Shown one piece after another: positions 49,013-57,167 of a stretch of 64,000 nt of DNA. The stretch is from positions 897,082 through 961,081 of the forward strand of contig CBDFMH010000005.1 of assembly GCA_965249545.1 (NCBI GenBank). The letters run 5' to 3'. Within the stretch, counting starts at the first letter, position 1; every line of letters starts with the position of its first letter. The translations under genes were made by a program, and so were the position numbers. The notes beneath the pieces were generated by a model. It had not been told where the DNA came from, ran no database searches, and saw nothing but the letters and a program-made list of their open reading frames with translations. This DNA is from Pirellulales bacterium (GTDB taxonomy: Bacteria; Planctomycetota; Planctomycetia; Pirellulales; UBA1268).

Positions 49013-51456
49013 CGATTCCTGAACAGGGGACTTGTAACAACGTGGTGGACAAGACTTCGGAGAGGATATCCGTCGCTTTGTGTCGCAGAAAGAATGCGTT
49101 CGACTTCATCACGATCAGAAAATTCAATGTCACCACCCGTCGCGAAAATGATCAACTGCGAGAGAGTATTTCGTGCAATTTGTTTTGTTGATTCACGAAG
49201 TAATTTGCGATAGTCACGAATGTTTTGGAAAACATCGCCCTCGACTGTGACCCCAGACGTGTTTACACGCGGGCCTGAGTTGTAACTCACTCGCTTTAAC
49301 CGTAATCCAGGTTGAAGACTTTGTTTCATATTTTTACCAATGCGATAGTGCTGCCGGTACGTACCAACCGGATCGAAGCCTTCCATTGCGAAACCTGGTG
49401 GATCGATATGCTGATGACATCTAGCACATGTTTCAACCGACTGATGCTTTAAAAGCATCTGACGAATGGTGGTAGTGCCTCGTGTATCTGGTTCAATTGT
49501 GGCAATGTCTGGCGGTGGTGGGTTTGGTGGGAGCCCCAGCACATGCGTAAGGATAAAATTGCCACGTTTGACGGGCGTTGTGACACTCCCATTTGCAGTC
49601 ACTTTTGCAATTGAGGCATGTCCAAGAATACCGCCTCGAGGGCTCGATGCGTCCAAGGAGACTTTCCTCATCGTTTCGCCGAATACGCCTTTGATGTCAT
49701 AGTGTTCAGCAAGACGGCGGTTCAGGAATGTAAAGTCGGAGTCAATCAGGTTATGGATTGGCAGATTTTCTTTCAGCAGATACGAGAAAAAATCTCGTGT
49801 CTCAGCAAGCATTGCTCGACGTAAGACATCATCATATTCAGGGTACAGTTTTATATCAGGTGTCGTTGCATCAATCTGATCGAGTTCGAACCACTGATCT
49901 GTAAAATCATGAATAAAGAGTTGGTTTTTTTTATCAGCCAAGAGTCGATCTACCTGAGTAGACAGCGTGTTTGAATCAGAGAGCCTTCCCTCGCTCGCTA
50001 ATCGAAGTAACTCTTCGTCAGGAGGGCTTCGCCAGAGAAAATATGAAAGTCGAGAGGCAAGCGCATGGTCGGTTAGCTTCGACTTATTTTTCTGCAAATC
50101 GTTCGTCAGAAGGAGCGTATGTGGAGAAATGAGGATCGCTGTTAATGGAATGCGAGCGCTGGCAAGAAACCCACGCTGGGCTTCGAGGCTCGGAATAGCG
50201 AGATTGGTCAGCTCCGTTATTTCTTTCTTAGTGACTGGTCTTCGGAAGGCTCTGGGGGCAAGCGATGCCACAGCGTCACGAATATGTTGGTAATGAGATT
50301 TTGTTGTAACGGGTCTGTACGATCTTCTATTTACAGTCCGTTCCCATTCAACACCTGGGAACAGGGATCGTGTTCGGCGTGGAGGCCACGTAGTTTCCAG
50401 CGGACCTTCAACAAGCACCTCACGAACCCGTACGCCCTCTCCTTTGAACTCACTTGCAGGTTGAGAGTTGTAAATGAGTTTGCCATCAGGTGCCGGTTCA
50501 AGTTCATCAGCACTGACATAAAAGTAATCATCTGGCCGGAAATAGTGAATCGTTGAAACAGTTCGCATTTTCTCTGTCACATCCCATGCGGCAAAGAGTT
50601 CACTATTACCCTGAATATCATTCTGACGCTTGAGGCTCATGGTCACCGACGAGCGCGGCTGATACGCAGAGCCGGTGACCGTAATCCGATATCGTCCAGG
50701 AGCAGAAAATCGCAGGCCATTTGCATCCGATCGCAGGTTGTGGTTTTCACCACGGAACATGATGAGATCATCATTGTCTCGAAACACTGTGCCACCACCA
50801 CGGCGGACGGGTCGTTCAAACCACATTTGCATGTATCGCGAGTTTGCATAATCAAGCTCACGTTTCATATTTGGTTTTGGACCCAACTCAATTGCTTCAT
50901 CAAGAGCGGCTTCGGCTGCTTTGAGAAAACCTTTCACGTGGACGCTGGACATTTCCTGATTCGCCGCCACGACATCAAACGCTCCTGACTCATCTTCTGG
51001 TGGGAGATATTTTGCAATTTCACCACCTATGCCCAGAAGATCATGGAGCGTATGTTCGTACTCACGGCGTGACAGCCGCCTTGAGGGCACTCTTCCATTC
51101 TGTTTTCGTGCCTGTTTATTTATTTGTGAAAGTTCTTTTTTAAGTGTCGATAATGCGGCATGCCTCGCTTCATCACTTGGCACGAAAGAATCTGGCGGAG
51201 GCATTTCTCGACGCTGAATACGATCGAATATGAGTACCCATTGCTGGAACGCTTCCGGTGACGCGTACGGTTTATCGATGGCGTTTAAGTTCAAATGTGT
51301 CGCTGTCTCTGCATCATGACACGAGACACAGGCTGTTTGAACCAGATTTTCAACTGCATGAAAATCATTTTCCGCATGTACAAACGGCATGTGGGTAGCA
51401 AGCAGATACGCCCATGCGACGAAATACTTTCGGAGAAGATATCGAAATAGTCTCAT
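49009..51456 (-). CDS. DUF1587/DUF1592/DUF1595/DUF1588/DUF1585-type multidomain protein
   Basis: It has an N-terminal CVSCHD (CxxCH) and a C-terminal CARCHQHIDPPGFAMEGFDPVGTYR. The size of 815 aa and the partner DUF1552 downstream fit the known gene pair. Confidence 0.8.
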   Translation of the reverse strand: MRLFRYLLRKYFVAWAYLLATHMPFVHAENDFHAVENLVQTACVSCHDAETATHLNLNAIDKPYASPEAFQQWVLIFDRIQRREMPPPDSFVPSDEARHAALSTLKKELSQINKQARKQNGRVPSRRLSRREYEHTLHDLLGIGGEIAKYLPPEDESGAFDVVAANQEMSSVHVKGFLKAAEAALDEAIELGPKPNMKRELDYANSRYMQMWFERPVRRGGGTVFRDNDDLIMFRGENHNLRSDANGLRFSAPGRYRITVTGSAYQPRSSVTMSLKRQNDIQGNSELFAAWDVTEKMRTVSTIHYFRPDDYFYVSADELEPAPDGKLIYNSQPASEFKGEGVRVREVLVEGPLETTWPPRRTRSLFPGVEWERTVNRRSYRPVTTKSHYQHIRDAVASLAPRAFRRPVTKKEITELTNLAIPSLEAQRGFLASARIPLTAILISPHTLLLTNDLQKNKSKLTDHALASRLSYFLWRSPPDEELLRLASEGRLSDSNTLSTQVDRLLADKKNQLFIHDFTDQWFELDQIDATTPDIKLYPEYDDVLRRAMLAETRDFFSYLLKENLPIHNLIDSDFTFLNRRLAEHYDIKGVFGETMRKVSLDASSPRGGILGHASIAKVTANGSVTTPVKRGNFILTHVLGLPPNPPPPDIATIEPDTRGTTTIRQMLLKHQSVETCARCHQHIDPPGFAMEGFDPVGTYRQHYRIGKNMKQSLQPGLRLKRVSYNSGPRVNTSGVTVEGDVFQNIRDYRKLLRESTKQIARNTLSQLIIFATGGDIEFSDRDEVERILSATQSDGYPLRSLVHHVVTSPLFRNR

Positions 51457-53921
51457 TGGTTTGTAGCTGGAATAGCCTTTGAGGACTCGACAAATGCCAA
51501 AAGGTCAAGAATATCTTCAGCCGTAAAGGTATCGAGCAATCCACTCGGCATGCTGGAAACGTCAGCAACCTTTCGTTCCTCAATCGCTGACTTTTGAATT
51601 CGCTCAATGTTCTCCGGTCGAAGCAGGTTCTGTACGATCTCTACATGGTCCGGTGTTTCATTGACTACTAAGCCAGTCAGAAGACGACCATCATCAACAA
51701 GGATCATCTGTGTTTTAAAATCCTTATGAATCTCTTGAGATGGATTCACAAGCTGCAACAGAAGCTTGCCGCCCTGAAAGCGTTTTGAGACCGCTGTTAG
51801 GTCTGGGCCGTATTTTGCACCCTTTCCTTCAATCGAATGGCACCGGCTACAGGCTGCCTGTTCGAAAACGTATCGGCCATTGTCGAGAGATCGATTCTCT
51901 AAATGATTTGCCTGTGTAATCAGCTCTCGATAATTCTGCTTCCATTTTTTTACAAACTTTCTGGTTGGAATAGCATCCGGCTCGGTACTCCCGACGTGTT
52001 CTAGAATACGAATAAACATTTGGCCATCACGGCTTCGCTTTGGATTCTGGCGTCGGAACTGTTGCCACAACTTGTTCACCTGTTGTCGTTGCGATGAACT
52101 GAGTTCAGTCATCCGTACATCAACATATTCTTGATGATTGTTTCCGTGGTAGGCAGCTGGTAATGGAGATTGACTAATTTTTTGAAACAGGCCCTGATTC
52201 GGAGGCCTGCGTTTTGGTACCACAGCAAGATTACCCACATCATGATTCCCGTCGTATGTTTTTGCGATGAGCTGCGTGCCACCATGTGTTGGCAGCGTGT
52301 CAGGGAACGAAATACGGATCACAGCTCCAACGCCTCGTTCCATATGACGGGCTGGTCCAGATGTACTGGTCCAGACATTGCCTTCATCATCAAATTCAAT
52401 TTCACGTGTGTATGAGACGCGGGTTGGTAAACGGAACTCAACAAGTGTTTCAGTGACGGGGTCAAACCTGTTAATTGTGTCGTTTCCAGTACCACAGACC
52501 CAGACAATGCCGTCCTTATCGATATTTAATGCATACGGAATCTGGTTTTCAGCATCAGGCAACTCGTAGACAGTCCAGCGTTCGGTCGTGGGATCAAACT
52601 TTCCAAATACACCCGACCCAAAGCCAGGAACCCAGACCATGCCATCAGGTGCTACATGAAGCCGACGTGGTCCACGAAAAGGCGGGTTCCACTCTTTGAT
52701 CGCGCCATCATCGACCGACGGGTCAATTCGTCCAATCCGGTTGCCATTGAGCTTGGAATACCAGATCATTCCATCGACGGGAGAAAAATCGATGCCATAG
52801 GGTGTAATGCCTCGTGACTCACCACGACCAGCGGCAGTCGCCTGACCAGCATCAAGGAGTTTGTATTCTTTGACGACGTGTGTTGTTGGATGAATCGAAA
52901 AACATGAATTGGAGCCGGCATCGGTGTACCAAATCAATCCTTCAGGATCACTCGGATTGATTCGTAATGTATGTGGGTAATTCCCACGTGTCTTTGGTGC
53001 CTCCGCACTGCTGTAGGTTTCAAATTGCTCAGTATTGAAATCAAAGCGAACCATCTTGCCACTTGCACACATGGTCGTCCACAGGCTTCCATCATTGGCT
53101 GTTTCAATTGAATGAGGGCCGTAGGCTCCTTTCGGATATTTGTACGTTGTTTGCTCACCCGATTCGGTATCAAGTGCAATCAACTTTCCGTTTTGAATGT
53201 TGACCGCATAGACTCTTCCATCACGGCCAAGTTCCAGATCATGAAACGATCCTTGGAGCAGTTCATCCATTTCCCACATTGTTATTGTGGCAGCAGCAGC
53301 AAGCCCTGTTGGAGCTGGTGGTGGCACAAAAGTTGGCCATTGTTTGACGGCGTCTCCTTTGTACGTTTCCATCAGTCGAGGAATGATGGTTTCTTTTGTA
53401 TGTGGAAACAGCCCACCGAATCCATCCATTCGCCTGAGCATGGTCTCCCAGTCAACAGGCTCTTCTGGAGTTCGAAAACCCACGGTTCCAACTTGATGGC
53501 AGTAGGAACACATCATTTTGAAATTGAGCTTGGCATGTGAATCCTCAAAATCCAACATGCTGAAGGCACTGTTTGCCGGTCGCTGTAATTCGAGCTCTTC
53601 ACCAACTGCTGGGCGTGTCTGGATGTGAAGATTATCTGTGTTCGCAGACACGCTGCTCAGCCAGGTATCTGCGAGCCCCATGAGGCGAGTACGGAGCCGA
53701 TAATTACAGTTCCTGAGCCCATCAATGGTAAAAGAGCCATCCGGTTTGGTGAATACAGATGTCCATTTTCGATGCTCAGTGTCAATTGCTGAAACCATGA
53801 CACCTTCAACGGGCATGCTCTTTTCATTGACGACAGTCCCTTGAATCGTTGCTGCTTGGCTGAAAGCGCAACTGAGCAGTACTGTAAGACTAGAGCAAAA
53901 TAGAACCACACTTTTTTTCAT
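51453..53921 (-). CDS. Multidomain secreted protein: carboxypeptidase-regulatory-like domain, CxxCH, beta-propeller (Vgb-lyase-like), conserved ~70-aa module, C-terminal Pirellula-type haem-binding domain
   Basis: Features in order are a signal peptide, TIQGTVVNEKSMPVEGVMVSA, MCSYCH, and repeated propeller blades (DGSLWTT, EGLIWYTD, DGMIWYS, DGMVWVP, DGIVWVC, EGNVWTS). The C-terminal part has ACSRCHSIEGKG...SSMPSGLL...EDILDLLAFV. The ORF is open to 53963. Confidence 0.8.
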   Translation of the reverse strand: MKKSVVLFCSSLTVLLSCAFSQAATIQGTVVNEKSMPVEGVMVSAIDTEHRKWTSVFTKPDGSFTIDGLRNCNYRLRTRLMGLADTWLSSVSANTDNLHIQTRPAVGEELELQRPANSAFSMLDFEDSHAKLNFKMMCSYCHQVGTVGFRTPEEPVDWETMLRRMDGFGGLFPHTKETIIPRLMETYKGDAVKQWPTFVPPPAPTGLAAAATITMWEMDELLQGSFHDLELGRDGRVYAVNIQNGKLIALDTESGEQTTYKYPKGAYGPHSIETANDGSLWTTMCASGKMVRFDFNTEQFETYSSAEAPKTRGNYPHTLRINPSDPEGLIWYTDAGSNSCFSIHPTTHVVKEYKLLDAGQATAAGRGESRGITPYGIDFSPVDGMIWYSKLNGNRIGRIDPSVDDGAIKEWNPPFRGPRRLHVAPDGMVWVPGFGSGVFGKFDPTTERWTVYELPDAENQIPYALNIDKDGIVWVCGTGNDTINRFDPVTETLVEFRLPTRVSYTREIEFDDEGNVWTSTSGPARHMERGVGAVIRISFPDTLPTHGGTQLIAKTYDGNHDVGNLAVVPKRRPPNQGLFQKISQSPLPAAYHGNNHQEYVDVRMTELSSSQRQQVNKLWQQFRRQNPKRSRDGQMFIRILEHVGSTEPDAIPTRKFVKKWKQNYRELITQANHLENRSLDNGRYVFEQAACSRCHSIEGKGAKYGPDLTAVSKRFQGGKLLLQLVNPSQEIHKDFKTQMILVDDGRLLTGLVVNETPDHVEIVQNLLRPENIERIQKSAIEERKVADVSSMPSGLLDTFTAEDILDLLAFVESSKAIPATNQ
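51984..52196 (-). other. Conserved ~70-aa module, copy C (between propeller and haem-binding domain)
   Basis: QGLFQKISQSPLPAAYHGNNHQEYVDVRMTELSSSQRQQVNKLWQQFRRQNPKRSRDGQMFIRILEHVGST. Confidence 0.7.
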
Positions 53922-53991
53922 GGCATCTTTCCCACCAAGGCAAAAAACTCGTTTGGTTTTCATAGTATCCTCTCACAATCAGATAGTGCAG

Positions 53992-56900
53992 TTAGTTGTT
54001 TTTGTTTTCACCAATGCAGTACAGATACTGCCGGCCCCGCAAATAAAGGCAGTCGCCTACTGGTACAGGTGAGGCATTAAATTCATCATCAAGTTTGTTC
54101 GTAGCAACAACATTCAATTCATTTGTGTGTTTGAGTACGACAATAGCACCAGTTCGGCCGGCAAAATAAACATGGCTGTTGGCACCAACAGGAGACGCAT
54201 AGATATTTTGAATATCAGGCAGGCGTGTTCGTTCGATGATTGCTTCACCAGTGGTGACATTTAAAGAAGTAAGAATTCCCTTGTTGGATTGGGTGAAATA
54301 CAACTGGTCATCAAATAGGAGTGGAGATGGAATGTATGGAGTTCCTTTGTCGCCTGACCAAACAACTGCAGAACTTCCAGAAACATCACCCTTCGAATCA
54401 AGTTTTAAAGCCATGACAGAGTGGCCTTCATAGCCGCTCATGCAGATGACCATGTCGTTATAGATGACTGGTGAAGGCGTAACGTTGCCGGTCAATCCAC
54501 TGCATTGCCAAATGACCTCTCCGGTATCAAGGTCGTAGCTGCGAATGAAATTTGAAGCTGCTGTGATAACCTGCGTTCGTTCACCATCTTTTGTAAAGAT
54601 TTTAGGTGTTGCCCATGCATTTTTCTCATCGCGGGTACGTTTCCAGACGGTTTGACCGGTTGCAGCTTCAAGGACCTCTATCGATGATTGGCCAGAATGA
54701 TCACGGACGATAATAATTCGTCCATGATGAAGGACAGGAGAGCATCCTTCACCGAGGCTGGCTCCGACGCGAACTTCTCCAAGGTCCCGTTTCCAGAGCA
54801 ATGTTCCATCAAGGCTGTAGCAGTACATCCCTGCAGAGCCAAACCAGCAGTACAGTCGTTCTCCATCAGTCACCGGTGATGCACAGGCAAAGTCGGCATG
54901 GTGATGAGAGCCTTCATGGGGAACTTTTTCAGTTGCAGTCTGTTGCCAGAGCGTTTTTCCAGTGAACCGGTTCAAACAAAGAACTTCAAACCGAAAAACA
55001 GTATTCGGGAATGTAATGCCGAAAACCCGCTCAGGCTGTTCTTCTGGAGGTGGCAGGCTTGGATCAACAACTTTGGTATCAACGGCTGTCAGAACAAATA
55101 TCTTGTCATCCCACACAATGGGAGAAGCGTTACCCTGTCCTTCAATCGGTACTTTCCAGCGGATGTTGTTTTCTTCACTCCACGTGACAGGAGGTGAAGC
55201 AGTTGCACTCATGCCAGTAGCTTCTGGCCCTCGCCATTGATGCCAGTAGCGTTTTGTTTTCTCAAGAAAAGCTTTTTGTTCGCGAGGGAATTGGTAATTG
55301 CTGTCTGCAAACGTGTCATTTCTTGTCAGCGTATCTTCACTTTTGTGCTGTTTTCCTGATGACTGGACGTAATCCAATATTTTGACAAAGAGCTGTCCTT
55401 TATTGACGCCCTCATTCTGTTCGGTGCTGGCCTTTTTCCAAAGTTCTCCCAGACGTGTTCGTTGCTTCGGTGACAATTTTTTCATTCGTTCATCAACGTA
55501 GGATTGATGATTTGAGCCACGGTAGCCACGAGGAATTGGGCGTTGCGATATCTTCTTGAGAATGTCTTGAGATGATGATTGAACACGCTGACCTTTCTCA
55601 GGATTCTGTTTCGCTTTTCCCTGTTTGTTTTCTGTTCCAGTTTGAGCAGACCAGTCCGGTGCATCGGCCATAATATCCTTGTAGAGCGCCAGCAGCTTTT
55701 TCTTGAGACGCTCAGTGACTTTCGGACGTTGCTTTGAGATGTCCTTCTTTTGTTGCGGATCAGTTTTTAAGTCGTACAGTTCGAACCGGCTAAACCCGCC
55801 TGCCTTGATCGTTGGAATCCACGCTTCCTGGAAGGTCCGTGCACGAACGAACTCACTCTTCAGCCGGTTGTATTCGGGGCTGGAGAAGGTGGTGTTGGTG
55901 ACGCGGGAACCCAGGTTGGGCGCCCGCGGATTGATGCCTGCCAATCTGGCCAGCTTCTGCTGCAATTCATTTTTCTTGGCATTATTCGCGTAGGCAATTT
56001 GTAATCAGAGTAGCCCATCAGCGTGTAATCCCCTTCACGCAAGGTAGCGAGATGACCCGATGACGGTGAAAGCCACAACAGGGGTTGCGATCGATTCAAG
56101 TCACCTTTCTCGATGAGCAACGGTGAAAGGTCAGCGCCATCAAGGTGCACGCCTTTGGGTTTATCGATACCGGTCAGGCCGCAAATCGTTGGCAGTAAAT
56201 CAACCGAGCCTGAAGGTGTGTCTTCAGTACGACCGCCTCGAAAACCATTCGGCCAGAAGAAAATACCCGGAGATCGTAATCCACCTTCAAATTTCGATCC
56301 TTTGGCACCAGTCAATCCACCATTTCGATCAGCCCGATAACTTCCGTGGTCTGAGGAGTAAATAATGAAGGTGTTGTCCAGCTTGCCTGTTTCTTTGAGC
56401 TTTGCAACGAGTCGTCCAATGGCTCGATCGGTGTTATCGACTGTGGCCGAATAGATTGCGGCTTCATCCTTGAGGTCGCCGTAGATCGAGGTGATCTCAT
56501 CAGGCGCCGCCAGTTTGGAGTGAGGCTCATTGAACCACATGTTCATGAAGAACGGTTGATCCGGATTCTTCTTCTCGTCTAACCAGCGGATCGCATCGTC
56601 CACGATCAACTGACACGAATAGCCTTTCAGCGGTCCGACTCGTTTGCCGTTGCGCATAAAGTTCGTAGGATCCTTATGGCTTGGGTTGGCTCCGTTGGAG
56701 AGCCCGAACCAGTAGTCAAAACCGTGCTGCTGAAGCGTAGGTTTTTTTCGTTTGCCTGAGGTCATCCCGACGTGCCACTTGCCGAAGTGGGCCGTTCCAT
56801 AACCAGCCTGTTGCAACACTTCTGCGATCGTCACTTCGCGTTCCAGCAGATGCATGTCGTGCATGTGATCCTGCAGAACGCTGTAAATACCAGTGCGGAG

Positions 56901-57158
56901 ATTCTGCCTTCCGGTAAGGAGAGTCGCCCGCGATGGCGAGCAGACTGCTGCCCCGGCGTGAAAGTCGGTGAACTTGACCCCACGCGCTGCCAGGTTGTCG
57001 AGCACTGGTGTTTTGACTGGCCCGCCATAACAGCCGAGATCCTTTGATCCAAGATCATCGGCCAGCAGAATGACTACGTTGGGCTTGGATTGCTTTTCTT
57101 CAGCTGAAGCAAACGTAGCCAGCATCAGGAAGCATAAAAATGTGTGGATAGGTTTCAT
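53992..57158 (-). pseudogene. Sulfatase, ~70-aa module and PQQ-like beta-propeller fusion gene, disrupted by a frameshift near 55990-56000
   Basis: ORF 55860-57158 encodes a sulfatase catalytic domain (signal peptide, CSPSRATLLTGR, GKWHVG). ORF 53992-55965 begins with the missing sulfatase C-terminal subdomain (FSRFELYDLKTDPQQKKDIS), collinear with the paralog at 57168-59069. It continues into an 8-bladed PQQ/BamB-like propeller. Confidence 0.7.
55357..55569 (-). other. Conserved ~70-aa module, copy B (between sulfatase and PQQ-like propeller)
   Basis: QDILKKISQRPIPRGYRGSNHQSYVDERMKKLSPKQRTRLGELWKKASTEQNEGVNKGQLFVKILDYVQSS. Confidence 0.7.
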
Positions 57159-57167
57159 AGTATTTAC

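Noticed and set aside
55860-55990. Pro/Ser/Trp-rich C-terminal tail of the sulfatase ORF (PRKMNCSRSWPDWQASIRGRPTWVPASPTPPSPAPNTTG), considered as a linker
   Set aside because: It begins exactly where similarity to the tandem paralog is lost and resumes in another frame. It is best explained as out-of-frame read-through after the frameshift.
55985-56000. Programmed ribosomal frameshifting as the explanation for the split sulfatase-propeller gene, and likewise at 44349-44352
   Set aside because: I saw no slippery heptamer of the X-XXY-YYZ type and no obvious downstream structure at 55985-56000. The 44349 site is a plain A4 run. Mutation or sequencing error is more parsimonious, though this cannot be excluded without data.
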